Source of the DNA: a virus
Lineage: Duplodnaviria; Caudoviricetes
Reading direction: 5' to 3' (one strand)
DNA length: 47,793 nucleotides
Virus record (IMG/VR): IMGVR_UViG_3300044518_000068
Span: 1 to 47,793 of that record
The position numbers and the translations under genes were made by a program. Every line of letters begins with the position of its first letter. Position 1 is the stretch's first letter. The notes under the pieces were generated by a model. It worked only from the letters and a program-made list of their open reading frames with translations. It searched no databases and had not been told where the DNA came from. Positions 1 through 9,241 of the stretch are shown one piece after another.

Positions 1-1278
1 TCAACTTGTCTCCCAGACCCTCTCCCACTTCAGGTTCGCCATGGCCCGCTCAAAGATGGCCTGGAGGCCGTCGAGCCGCTCCTTGCGCATGGCCGGCGTC
101 GGATGCTGGTACACGGCCTTGATGCCGGCCCGCATGTGCCCGGCCTGCTCGTGCGCCAGGGCGTCCTTCACGCCGATCTGGGCCTGGAGCGTGTCGTGCA
201 GGTGTCGCAGCAGGTCCATGTTAAGCCCTGGCACCAGCGGTTCCCAGGCCTCTCGGGCCTTGTGCCCCTTGGACACCGGCAGCGCCTCACGGCCGTCTGA
301 TCCGGGCCTCATGACCTGTCGGCCGAAGTTGCTGTTGCGCCACCAGCTGCCGGACCGCGTGCAGAACAGGTAGGTGTGCTTGGGCTTCATCCGCTCCTCG
401 TGCTCGTCGAGCAGAGCGTTGAGGAACGGAGGCACGTCGATGTCCCGCAGCGAGCCGTCGGTCTTCACCGACTCCAGGTCGAAGTACATCGGCCCCTTCT
501 TGCCGGTCGCCGGATCCCGGGTCTGGTACTCGGCGACTTCCTGCCGGATCCGGAGGGTTGGGCACATGAAGTAGCCGGTGCCGTAGGGCTCTTTGCGTTC
601 GCCACGGCTCGACCGCTCCAGCGCGATGCCTTCGCCCCACCGCGGCCCGAGGAACGCCGTGGTCAGGATGTGCATACCGTCCAGCGGGCCGACGCGGCGC
701 GCGAGCTGGAGCACGAGCTCCGGCGTGGCGGGGGCGGCCTGCTTGGCTTGCTGCTTGGCCTGGTTCTTCGCCTTGATGGCCGCGGTACGGCTGCGGCGCC
801 GCCCGAAGAGCGGGTTCGCCAAGATCTTCCCCGCGTCCACTGCGCCCGTCATGATCTGGGACATGATGGTGAGGCACTGCGATGCGGTCACGTCATCGTG
901 CGTCTCGCCGACCGAGTTGGCCCAGTTCTCGGCGGCGAACCAGGTCACCGTGTTGAGGGCGATGTGCTCCCACTTCGGCAGGATGTGGGTATCGAGGCGG
1001 TCCCAGCGGGTGGTATTGGTGCGCCCGCGGGGGGACTTTGCCGCCATCCACTCCCGTGCCCACACGCCGAATGTGGTCGCGGCCGCGTTCGGATCGACCC
1101 AGCGGCCGGCGCGAATGGCCGCCTCCTGGCCGGCTCCCCACTCCTTGGCGAGCTTCTGAGTTGCAAACCCGGGCTCGCTACCGGTGGTCCCGTCCGGCTT
1201 CAGGTACCGCGCTCGCCACGTGAACTGCTTCGTCTGCTTGCCGTTGCGGACCCTGTAGACCTTCTCGGCATACGCCAT
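1..1278 (-). CDS. int: Tyrosine integrase
   Basis: N-terminal arm-binding motif (WRARY...GFATQKLAKEW); catalytic-type motifs GPRWGE, VKT, LLRH, AGH, VYQH. ATG at 1278 chosen because GGAGG lies upstream. Confidence 0.93.
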   Translation of the reverse strand: MAYAEKVYRVRNGKQTKQFTWRARYLKPDGTTGSEPGFATQKLAKEWGAGQEAAIRAGRWVDPNAAATTFGVWAREWMAAKSPRGRTNTTRWDRLDTHILPKWEHIALNTVTWFAAENWANSVGETHDDVTASQCLTIMSQIMTGAVDAGKILANPLFGRRRSRTAAIKAKNQAKQQAKQAAPATPELVLQLARRVGPLDGMHILTTAFLGPRWGEGIALERSSRGERKEPYGTGYFMCPTLRIRQEVAEYQTRDPATGKKGPMYFDLESVKTDGSLRDIDVPPFLNALLDEHEERMKPKHTYLFCTRSGSWWRNSNFGRQVMRPGSDGREALPVSKGHKAREAWEPLVPGLNMDLLRHLHDTLQAQIGVKDALAHEQAGHMRAGIKAVYQHPTPAMRKERLDGLQAIFERAMANLKWERVWETS

Positions 1279-1345
1279 TGCGCACACCCCTCCCATGGGC
1301 TGAGCAGGCGGGACCCTCGGGCCCCGCCCAGCTCGACTTGATGTG

Positions 1346-1525
1346 CTACGCGGCGGCGAACTTCCCCATGTTCCCCCCGGGCGCGCTGAGCCGTCTGGCC
1401 AGCTCGGCTGCCTGCTCGTCGCTGACGAGCGCAGCGTCCACCCACAGCACCGGTGCCCCGTCGGGATCGGTGTCCATGTAGGCGAGACCGCCGTGAGGGA
1501 TGTCCGTGACGCGTGTGACCCGCAT
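1346..1525 (-). CDS. Small 59-aa hypothetical protein between repressor and integrase (not in ORF track)
   Basis: Manual translation MRVTRVTDIPHGGLAYMDTDPDGAPVLWVDAALVSDEQAAELARRLSAPGGNMGKFAAA; AGAGGGGG upstream. Confidence 0.65.
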   Translation of the reverse strand: MRVTRVTDIPHGGLAYMDTDPDGAPVLWVDAALVSDEQAAELARRLSAPGGNMGKFAAA

Positions 1526-1657
1526 GAGGCGGTGCCCCCTCTTACCTGTCGGGTTGCCCCCCTCGCAGGTGAGGTCAGTCTGTCACGAAATCGGATGATC
1601 TATCACCGCATTGTGATCATCCAATTGCAAAAGGATCATCAAGTGTCGACTTGGCGA

Positions 1658-2173
1658 TCAGTCCTCGCCGAAGATCTCCCGCGCGGCGCGCTGCAACCTC
1701 GACCACTTCCGCAGGTCGTCGCGCATCTGCTCAGGGCTGACGCCGGGGCGGTCGCCCCGCTTGAGGATCAAGACGGCCACACTGTCCGGGTCATCGGGGG
1801 CGAGGTCGACCACGTCGCCGTCGACAACCCGACCACCAAGGAGCGCCAGGCGCACACGCTCGGACAGCCCGTCCAGCAGATCCTCGGCTGCAGCCTCCGA
1901 CCCACCCGCTGGGGCGCTTGCGACGGCTGGCGAACTCGCTGCGGTCGGCTCACCGCCGGCCAGCACGTCCTCGACGCTGCCCTCGGTCCAGCCAACAAGC
2001 CTGGCGACTGCACGATGCGTAGGCCCGACCTTGGCGTAGGCGTGCCCGGACTCGAGTTTCTGCACGGTGGATCGCTTCACGTCCAGGGCGTCGGCGAACT
2101 CGTCCTGCGTCATGCCGCCGCGCCGGCGCGCATCCGCGATCGCGTGTGAGAGTCGGGCCCAGTCTCGCTCCAT
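1658..2173 (-). CDS. XRE-family HTH immunity repressor (CI-like)
   Basis: GMTQDEFADALDVKRSTVQKLESG HTH; divergent from Cro-like gene, near integrase. Confidence 0.88.
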   Translation of the reverse strand: MERDWARLSHAIADARRRGGMTQDEFADALDVKRSTVQKLESGHAYAKVGPTHRAVARLVGWTEGSVEDVLAGGEPTAASSPAVASAPAGGSEAAAEDLLDGLSERVRLALLGGRVVDGDVVDLAPDDPDSVAVLILKRGDRPGVSPEQMRDDLRKWSRLQRAAREIFGED

Positions 2174-2228
2174 GAGCACATCATGCCTCAACTTCACGCA
2201 ACCACAGAGGCCAGATCTGGCCGCTTGA

Positions 2229-2352
2229 CGTGCATTTAAGGCGTCGAATGGTTGCGCGAGGGCGCGCATGGGGCGCACCAACGTAGCGAAAGCGTGCATT
2301 GAAGGCACGCATAACGGGCCTCTGATGTAGCCATGATGCTTGCAATGCAAGC
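2229..2352. promoter_or_regulatory. Lysis/lysogeny switch operators
   Basis: Related sites CGTGCATTTAAGGC (2229-2242), CGTGCATTGAAGGC (2293-2306) and near-palindrome GCTTGCAATGCAAGC (2338-2352) in the divergent intergenic region. Confidence 0.6.
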
Positions 2353-2374
2353 CGCACCATGGTTCGCTTCTCTC

Positions 2375-2581
2375 GTGACACCGAACGGAACTGCGATCCG
2401 GGCCTTTCGGGCAGCTTGCAATGTGAGCCTCCGCGAGCTGTCCCGGCGGACTGGGCGAGACCGCAGCTTCCTATCCCGGGTCGAACGGGGACTTCACGGC
2501 GCGAGCGAAGCAACGCTCCGTGGGATTGCGTCCGCGCTGGACGTCCCCGTCGCTGCCATCAATCGAGAGGAACAGCCGTGA
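2375..2581 (+). CDS. Cro-like XRE HTH regulator
   Basis: VSLRELSRRTGRDRSFLSRVERG HTH; probable GTG start at 2375. Confidence 0.85.
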   Translation: MTPNGTAIRAFRAACNVSLRELSRRTGRDRSFLSRVERGLHGASEATLRGIASALDVPVAAINREEQP

Positions 2582-2835
2582 CCACGCAGAAGGTCGCGAT
2601 CCCCGAGTGGCTGACCGCCGCCGACCGGCTCCGGCTCTACACGCCGGAGGAGGTCATCGAGATGGGCCTGCTGCCCTACGGGTCCCCGCGGACCCTCAGG
2701 GAAGCCTGCTACTCGCGGAAGATCCCGTTCACGAAGATCGCGGGCAAGATCCGCTTCAACCTGGGCCACGTGTACGCGATCCAGCAGGCCGGTGACGTCG
2801 ACCCGGCCGCCCGTGGGCGCCGTCGCGCCGCCTGA
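2578..2835 (+). CDS. Excisionase-like winged-HTH protein
   Basis: LYTPEEV...SPRTLREACYSRKIPFTKIAGKIRF pattern; GTGA overlap with cro. Confidence 0.72.
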   Translation: MTTQKVAIPEWLTAADRLRLYTPEEVIEMGLLPYGSPRTLREACYSRKIPFTKIAGKIRFNLGHVYAIQQAGDVDPAARGRRRAA

Positions 2836-2930
2836 TCTACCCATCCCTGTGGGTGGGCCGCCCCGGCTTGGACTCCGGGGGCGACCCCAGCCCACCTCAC
2901 CCGAACCAACGAACAAGAGGAGGCAGGCCC

Positions 2931-3287
2931 ATGGAGCCTACCGAACTGACCTTCCAGCCGACGCAGCGCCCGCTGCACACCGGCGCCGGGCCGCTCACCG
3001 CGGCGCTGAGCCTGGCCCGCGAGTTCCCGCACCTGCCCTTCAGCTCGCTGGAGGTGCGCAACGGCAGGCTGTCGATCTCGCTGGGCGACATCGGCGGCGA
3101 CGGCGACCCCGCCCACTTCGCGGAGTGGGTGCAGGTGCTCGGCTTGACGGCCCGGAAGCCGCTGGCGTTCGAGCACCGCTCCCGCTCCGAGCTGGCGCTG
3201 TACGCGTCGGGCAACTGGGCCGAGGTGCCGGTCGACGTCCGGGCGTACGTGCCGGCCGACGACGTCCTGCTGGTGGTGGCCGCGTGA
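2931..3287 (+). CDS. Hypothetical protein
   Basis: GAGGAGG RBS; GC3-biased ORF. Confidence 0.75.
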   Translation: MEPTELTFQPTQRPLHTGAGPLTAALSLAREFPHLPFSSLEVRNGRLSISLGDIGGDGDPAHFAEWVQVLGLTARKPLAFEHRSRSELALYASGNWAEVPVDVRAYVPADDVLLVVAA

Positions 3288-3718
3288 GCCGGGAGCCGAT
3301 CAGCGAGGAGCGGCTGGCCGCGCTCCGCACGATGAGCCTGGCGGTGCTGGTGCCGCAGTCCGTGGCCTGGGCGTCGGAGCTCCGCGAACAGGCCGAGAAG
3401 GTGCTGCCGCAGCTGGCTCCCGTGTTCACGGAGCTGCTGGACGAGATCGACGAGCAGGACGACGCGCTCAACGCCTCCGAGGACGAGGTGGACACGCTGT
3501 CCGCGCGGCTGCGGCTACTGCGGCCGGGGGTGCTGCCGTCGGAGGCGGTGATCGCCGGGGTGCGGTGCGAGCGGGTGAACGGCGGTCGGTGGCGGGTGCG
3601 GTGGCGCGAGGACGGCACGCAGCGCGCCGAGACGTTCGCCGGCCCGGCGGCCGCAGCACGGGCCCGTGACGCCTACGACGACCTGCGAGACCGGCAGCAG
3701 CAGGGCGGTGCCCAGTGA
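3284..3718 (+). CDS. Hypothetical protein with coiled coil and C-terminal integrase-arm-like beta-sheet DNA-binding motif
   Basis: GTGA coupling; GGRWRVRWREDGTQRAETF...AAARAR. Confidence 0.65.
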   Translation: MSREPISEERLAALRTMSLAVLVPQSVAWASELREQAEKVLPQLAPVFTELLDEIDEQDDALNASEDEVDTLSARLRLLRPGVLPSEAVIAGVRCERVNGGRWRVRWREDGTQRAETFAGPAAAARARDAYDDLRDRQQQGGAQ

Positions 3719-4290
3719 ACGCCCGGGAGCCGATGGCGCCGGAGCAGTTGGCGACGGCCGAACGCCTCCTGTCGCGGGTGACGCCGGGTGAGCGGAGCGT
3801 TCGTGTCAAGGCGGATGCTGGCCTCCAGGTGATCGCGACGGGGGCCGGGCTGGTGGTGTCGGGTGTCCGTACCGCTGGTGACGCGGACTTCATCGTGGGG
3901 GCGCCGGAGTTGATGCGGCTGCTGCTGGCCGAGGTTGGCTGGCTGGCCGCTGAACTTGCCGACGTGCGGGGCGTACTGGCGAAGACTCTCGACAACATGA
4001 CCGCGTTGGCCGCCGGTGGCGACCTGACGGTCTACCGGGCCGAGCGTGCCGGCATCCCGCTGGGAACCTACCTGAGCCGGGATGCGGCGCAGGGGCACTG
4101 CCTGGTCGACCTGTTCGAGAACACCGGTGACCCGGTCAGCGAGGTCAGCTGGTGGACGGCTGATCTCGGCGGCCCGACCGTCGCGCCGTACACCCTCTCC
4201 GCTCGCGTCGCGGGCGAGTTCCAGGAGACCACGTGCCGCGTGGTGCCGGTGCACGTGCTGGCCGAGTACGACCCGGACGGTGAGGCGTGA
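3715..4290 (+). CDS. Hypothetical protein
   Basis: Translationally coupled ORF, GC3 bias. Confidence 0.7.
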   Translation: MNAREPMAPEQLATAERLLSRVTPGERSVRVKADAGLQVIATGAGLVVSGVRTAGDADFIVGAPELMRLLLAEVGWLAAELADVRGVLAKTLDNMTALAAGGDLTVYRAERAGIPLGTYLSRDAAQGHCLVDLFENTGDPVSEVSWWTADLGGPTVAPYTLSARVAGEFQETTCRVVPVHVLAEYDPDGEA

Positions 4291-4460
4291 TGGAGACCGT
4301 CACCCTGCTGATCGTGCTGATCGTCGCCGCTGTCTGGGCGGTCGTCTTCGTGGCCGGCTCGGCCTGGGACGACATCGCGGCGTGGTGGCTGCACCGTCAG
4401 GCTCGCGCTGTCCGCCGTCGGCACCGCGCCCCGCACCTGCGGCAGAGGAGCACCCGGTGA
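4290..4460 (+). CDS. Small membrane protein (not in ORF track)
   Basis: METVTLLIVLIVAAVWAVVFVAG...; TGATG overlap. Confidence 0.65.
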   Translation: METVTLLIVLIVAAVWAVVFVAGSAWDDIAAWWLHRQARAVRRRHRAPHLRQRSTR

Positions 4461-4636
4461 ACCGTCTGCGCGCCGTGCTGGCTCTACGGATCCGCCGCGT
4501 CATCTGGCCGTTCCCCGCGCTGGAGCTCCAGTGGCCGGACGGCTCCGGCTGGTTGCTGCTGCCGCTGACCACGGACCTGACGACCCGCCCGCTGGTCGAG
4601 CGCGACGCGAACGCCCCGCGCATCCCGACTGCCTGA
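4457..4636 (+). CDS. Small hypothetical protein
   Basis: GAGGAG RBS, GTGA overlap. Confidence 0.55.
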   Translation: MNRLRAVLALRIRRVIWPFPALELQWPDGSGWLLLPLTTDLTTRPLVERDANAPRIPTA

Positions 4637-4688
4637 CACCCCGACTTCGGCCGGGCGCCCACCGCGCCCGGCCCACCAGGAGAACCTG

Positions 4689-5669
4689 ATGAGCACTGAG
4701 ATCGTGAAGGCGGCACCCATCACCGCCTCGCTGCCGGACATGGTCCGGTACGCCGAGCACCTGGCCGAAGCCGGCCTGCTGCCCACCCAGTACCGCAAGC
4801 AGCCCGCCAACGTGCTGTACGCCATGGAGTACGGCCGGACCCTCGGCATCACCCCGCTCGCCGCAATCACCGGCATCCACGTCATCGAGGGCAAGCCGTC
4901 CGCGAGCGCTGCCCTGATCGGGGCGCTGGTCCGGCAGGCCGGCCACAAGCTGCGGGTCAAGGGCAACGGCCGCACCGCGACCGCGCAGATCATCCGCTCC
5001 GATGACCCGGATTTCGTCTACGAGGTCACCTGGGAGCTGGAGGCGAACTCCAACGGCAACCCCAACGCCGAGGACGCCGGGCTGCTGAGGAAGGACATCT
5101 GGAAGAAGTACGCCGCCGCGATGCTGAAGGCTCGCGCGATCTCGCAGGTGGCTCGGGACGCGTGCGAGGAGGTGCTGTTCGGTCTGCACTGCACGCCGGA
5201 GGAGCTCGGCGCGTACGTCGACCAGGACGGCAATCCGGTGGACGCCCCAGTCCAGCAGCTGCGCGCGGTCGACAGCGGGCGGCGGGGCCGCGACTTCCTG
5301 TACGAGGCGTACAAGGCCACGGATCCGGACACCGTCCGGCGCCTGTGGCAGGAGGCCAAGGCCGACGGCCGACCGGAGGACTACCTTGCGAGCATCGCCG
5401 AGGTCGGCCGCGACCTTGCCGCCGAGGCTGCATCCGCTTCGACCCCGGCGCCCGCACCGACCACGGAGCAGGCGGTGGACGCCGAGATCGTGGGCGAGCA
5501 GGACGAGCGCGCGGCGGCGCTGGACGCCCTGCGGGCCGCCGCGCTCGCTGCCGACATCGCCCCGACCCTCGACACGGACTTCGCCCAGTCGTACGGCGTC
5601 GCCCCGGCCGACGCCACCGTGGAGCAGCTGCGCGAGATGACCGCTCTCCTCCAGGGGGCCGCCGCGTGA
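4689..5669 (+). CDS. RecT/Red-beta-like single-strand annealing protein
   Basis: LLPTQYRKQPANVLYAMEYG...IHVIEGKPS...WKKYAAAMLKARAISQVARDACEEVLFG pattern. Confidence 0.8.
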   Translation: MSTEIVKAAPITASLPDMVRYAEHLAEAGLLPTQYRKQPANVLYAMEYGRTLGITPLAAITGIHVIEGKPSASAALIGALVRQAGHKLRVKGNGRTATAQIIRSDDPDFVYEVTWELEANSNGNPNAEDAGLLRKDIWKKYAAAMLKARAISQVARDACEEVLFGLHCTPEELGAYVDQDGNPVDAPVQQLRAVDSGRRGRDFLYEAYKATDPDTVRRLWQEAKADGRPEDYLASIAEVGRDLAAEAASASTPAPAPTTEQAVDAEIVGEQDERAAALDALRAAALAADIAPTLDTDFAQSYGVAPADATVEQLREMTALLQGAAA

Positions 5670-6193
5670 GCGTCAGCGCTGCCACCCGCGAGGCGATCCT
5701 GAAGACCCTGTACGACGAGATCGGCGGCCGGCTGAAGGCCGCCCGCGCCGAAGTCCAGGCCGAGTTGGACGCGTCGGCCGGAGTACGGCAGGTCGCCGCG
5801 ACCCTGCCGGGCGGCCAGTTGGTCGCGAAGGTCTCCCTGACCGACCCGACTCCCGAGGCCAAGGTCGCCGACGAGGACGTGTACACCGCGTGGGTCCGGG
5901 ACCACCACCCGGCTGGTCCCGCGAACATCGTGCGCCGGTTCGTCACCGAGGTCCGGCCCGCGTTCACCACCGCGCTGCTCGGCGAGCTGACCGCCGCCGG
6001 GGTGCCGCAGTGGTGCGACCCCGAGACAGGCGAGCTGCACACCGTGCCGGGCGTGGAGATCCGCGCGACCCGGGCCCGCACCCACTCGGTGCGGTTCGAC
6101 AAGGGCGGCCGGGACGCGGTGATGGCCGCGTGGCGCGCCGGGCAGCTGACCGCCGAGGTGCTGCCGGAGCTCACCGCTGGGGGTGCCGAGTGA
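5666..6193 (+). CDS. Phage hypothetical protein following the recombinase
   Basis: GTGA coupling; DPETGELHTVPGVEI motif. Confidence 0.75.
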   Translation: MSVSAATREAILKTLYDEIGGRLKAARAEVQAELDASAGVRQVAATLPGGQLVAKVSLTDPTPEAKVADEDVYTAWVRDHHPAGPANIVRRFVTEVRPAFTTALLGELTAAGVPQWCDPETGELHTVPGVEIRATRARTHSVRFDKGGRDAVMAAWRAGQLTAEVLPELTAGGAE

Positions 6194-6912
6194 GCGCCTG
6201 GCACACAGGCCGCATGGCGGCGTTCGACTGCGAGACCACCGGCGTGAATGTAGAGCAAGACCGGATCATCACATCGGCGCTGGTCGAGGTGGACGGCGGC
6301 CAACATGCCGTCACCCGGGCGTGGATGTGCAACCCCGGCATCCCGATCCCGCGCGCCGCCACCAAGATTCACCACATCACCGACGCGCAGGTCCGCGGCG
6401 CCCGCCCGGCCGCTCAGGTGGTCGCAGAGATCGCCGCAGCGGTCGTCGGGTACGCCCGCGCTGGCGTGCCGCTGGTCGTGATGAACGCCCCGTACGACCT
6501 GACGCTGCTGGACCGGGAGCTGGCCCGGCACGGCCTGCCGTCGCTCGCCCAGCAGCTCGGCGACACCGACCTGCACGTCATCGACCCACTGGTGATCGAC
6601 CGGCAGGCCGACCGGTACCGCAAGGGCTCACGCAACCTCGCGTCGCTCGCGCAGCACTACCGCGTGGAGCTGACTCGGGCGCACACCGCTGACGGGGACG
6701 CGCTCGCGGCGGCCCACGTGGTCGAGGCCATCGCGAAGCGCTACCCGAACCTCCGGGGTTGGACGGTGGACCACCTGCACTGGATGCAGATCGAGTGGGC
6801 GGCCGGGCAGGCCTTCGAGCGGCAGCAGTACCTACGCCAGAAGAACCCGGCCGCCGTGGTGAGCGAGCACTGGCCTATGATTCCCCGACCGCGCGCCGGC
6901 GGTGCCCGATGA
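6190..6912 (+). CDS. DEDDh 3'-5' exonuclease (DnaQ-like)
   Basis: AFDCETTG, NAPYDLTLL, AHTADGDA motifs. Confidence 0.92.
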   Translation: MSAWHTGRMAAFDCETTGVNVEQDRIITSALVEVDGGQHAVTRAWMCNPGIPIPRAATKIHHITDAQVRGARPAAQVVAEIAAAVVGYARAGVPLVVMNAPYDLTLLDRELARHGLPSLAQQLGDTDLHVIDPLVIDRQADRYRKGSRNLASLAQHYRVELTRAHTADGDALAAAHVVEAIAKRYPNLRGWTVDHLHWMQIEWAAGQAFERQQYLRQKNPAAVVSEHWPMIPRPRAGGAR

Positions 6913-7772
6913 ACGAGATCAAGCACGGCACCCTGAGCGGCGCCAAGCACCACAAGTGCAAGTGCCTGCCGTGCGCGGTCGCCTCCGCCGAGTGGCAGGC
7001 CAAGAAGCACCGTCAGGTCGCTTACGGCACCTGGCAGCCCTTCGTGGACGCCACCCCGGCGCTCGCCCACATCGAGAGCCTGCACGACCGGGGCATGACC
7101 TGGCAGCAGATCGCCGACGCGGCCGGCGCCTACGAGACCGACCTTCAGAGGCTCCGAGGTGTCGGCTCCCAGCAGCAATCGAACCGGATCCGGCCCGAGA
7201 CCGAACGCAGGCTCCTCGCGGTCGAGTTCACCAGCGCTCCGGCGTCCCCCCTGTCCATGGTCTCGGCGCTGGGGAGCAGACGCCGTCTCCAGGCGCTGCG
7301 GGCGAACGGCTGGCCGGGGCAGCGGTTGGCTGACCAGATGCGCGTGCCCCGGCAGACCGTCGGGATTGTGGTGCAGGGGCGCCAGCAGTTCGTCATGGCA
7401 CGGACCGCGCGGGATATTGCCGAGTTGTACGAGTTCCTGCACGACCAGGACCCGCTGAACGCGGGCGTCAGCCCGACAACGGTGGAGCGCACCGCCCAGG
7501 CCGCCGAGCAGGCGGACTGGGCGCCCCCGCGGGCATGGGTCGGCCTGGACATCGGCGACCCGGCGGCCGAACCGGGACGTGCCCGGGGCCGCGGCGGCTA
7601 CGCCACCGCACCGATGGGCTCACGCCGTAGGGCCCTGGTTGAGGACACCGCTGAGCTGGCCCGGCAAGGCCTGCCCCGCGACGTGATCGCCGCCCGCCTT
7701 GGCGTGACCTGGGATGCCGTGCAACATGCGCATAGCCGGTGCGGCGTCCCGATGCCGGAGCTGGCCGCATGA
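6909..7772 (+). CDS. Multi-HTH DNA-binding protein with N-terminal Cys/His motif
   Basis: HGT...CKCLPC; GMTWQQIADAAG; RRLQALRANGW; C-terminal HTH. Confidence 0.7.
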   Translation: MNEIKHGTLSGAKHHKCKCLPCAVASAEWQAKKHRQVAYGTWQPFVDATPALAHIESLHDRGMTWQQIADAAGAYETDLQRLRGVGSQQQSNRIRPETERRLLAVEFTSAPASPLSMVSALGSRRRLQALRANGWPGQRLADQMRVPRQTVGIVVQGRQQFVMARTARDIAELYEFLHDQDPLNAGVSPTTVERTAQAAEQADWAPPRAWVGLDIGDPAAEPGRARGRGGYATAPMGSRRRALVEDTAELARQGLPRDVIAARLGVTWDAVQHAHSRCGVPMPELAA

Positions 7773-8248
7773 GCGCCAACGACCGCTGGTACGACCGGGC
7801 CAGCTGCCAGGGCCTGGAGGAGCTGTTCTTCCCGACGGCCCGCCGGAAGGGCGCCGAGGCCGCCGCACAGCGCGTCTGCGTCGAATGCCCGGTCCGGGGT
7901 GACTGCCTGGACGACGCGATGCAGGTGGAGGGAACCGCCGAGTCCCGGTATGCGGTCCGCGGCGGCCTGACGTCGACGGAGCGGACAGACCTCCAGAAAG
8001 CTCGCGACGAAGGGCGTCGCGCCGCGACCCGCAGCAACGCGAGCGAGGGACAGCGCACCACGGCGCTCAGCACGCGCCGGCAGCCCGTGGAGCACGGCAC
8101 GCGGCGCGGCTACCAGCGGCACCGCCGCCTCGGTGAGACCGCGTGCGAGCCCTGCCGCATCGCCAACGCGGCGGCCGACCGCCGCCTCCGCAACACCGGC
8201 AGCACGGTGGCCCCCGATTCTGCCCGACCCAACAAGGAGCCAGTGTGA
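7769..8248 (+). CDS. whiB: WhiB-family Fe-S transcription regulator with C-terminal extension
   Basis: WYDRASC...LFFP...CVECPVRGDCL...AVRGGLTSTER. Confidence 0.92.
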   Translation: MSANDRWYDRASCQGLEELFFPTARRKGAEAAAQRVCVECPVRGDCLDDAMQVEGTAESRYAVRGGLTSTERTDLQKARDEGRRAATRSNASEGQRTTALSTRRQPVEHGTRRGYQRHRRLGETACEPCRIANAAADRRLRNTGSTVAPDSARPNKEPV

Positions 8249-8463
8249 GCAGCGCCGACAACATGACCATGACTGCGGTCGACGGCCGCGACGCCCTCGC
8301 CTTCGTCATCATCCGCCCCGGATCCGACGACGAGAACGTCAGCATCGAGGCCGCCGCTAACGGCCTCAGTAAGAAGGCCGCCGCCTACATCCTGCGGCAC
8401 GTCGCCGACCAGTTCGACGCGGCGGGCGACGCCGAGGCCGCCCCGCAGGCACCGACCAACTGA
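8245..8463 (+). CDS. Hypothetical protein
   Basis: AAGGAG RBS, GTGA overlap. Confidence 0.7.
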   Translation: MSSADNMTMTAVDGRDALAFVIIRPGSDDENVSIEAAANGLSKKAAAYILRHVADQFDAAGDAEAAPQAPTN

Positions 8464-8518
8464 CTCGCTTCCCCGCCGCCCGGGCCCGTCCCGGGCGGCC
8501 CCACCCTTGGAGCACACC

Positions 8519-9151
8519 ATGCGCAGCGTCACCACCACCAGGCTCCTCGCCCGGGCGCTCGCCCGCACCGAGCCGCACGTTCGCCGCACCGACGACCGGC
8601 CCGAGCTCGGCGCGGTCCGGCTGGAGGCCGCCGGCGATCACCTGTACGCCGTCACCACCGACCGGCGCACCCTCGCGCTCGACCGGATCGACGCCGACAA
8701 CGCGGGCCCGTGGCACGCCCACTTGCACCGGGCGCACGTCCCGCTCGTCCGCCTGTGGCTGAACGGCATCGACCCGGACGCCCAGGTTCGGATCGGCGCG
8801 GCGCCGAGCGGAGCGGGCACCGCGATAACCCTGCGCGCCGGGCACAACATGCTCCGCATCGTCAACTCCCGGCCCGAGCAGGAGCAGTTCCCCGCCTGGC
8901 GGCGGATCGTGACCGAGCGGATCGGGGCCCCGACCGACATGGTGAATCTGACCGGCTACAACCCTGCCTTCCTGGCGCGGTTCGCTGTGCTCAACCTGCC
9001 TGGCTTGCACGCCTGGCAGGCCGGGCCCGAGAAGCCGCTGATCCTCACCAGCGACGACGGGTTCCTCGGCATGGTGATGCCAGCCAAGCAGGCGCCGGTA
9101 CACCGTGCCGCACTCGTCGCCAGCTGGACCAAGGCGCTCAGCCCGGCCTGA
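8519..9151 (+). CDS. DNA polymerase III beta-clamp-like protein (partial domain set)
   Basis: DDRPELGAVRLE...LYAVTTDRRTLA, FPAWRRIV, YNPAFL, C-terminal GMVMP. Confidence 0.7.
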   Translation: MRSVTTTRLLARALARTEPHVRRTDDRPELGAVRLEAAGDHLYAVTTDRRTLALDRIDADNAGPWHAHLHRAHVPLVRLWLNGIDPDAQVRIGAAPSGAGTAITLRAGHNMLRIVNSRPEQEQFPAWRRIVTERIGAPTDMVNLTGYNPAFLARFAVLNLPGLHAWQAGPEKPLILTSDDGFLGMVMPAKQAPVHRAALVASWTKALSPA

Positions 9152-9241
9152 CCCCCTTGTACGGCCCGTGGCGGGGCCGGCCGCGTGCCCCCCGCCACGG
9201 GCACCCACCACCCGCACCGCCGAACCACCGGAAGGACCCTC

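Noticed and set aside
1-60. attL/attR core repeats
   Set aside because: The window begins at the integrase stop and ends at a start codon; no terminal repeat is visible
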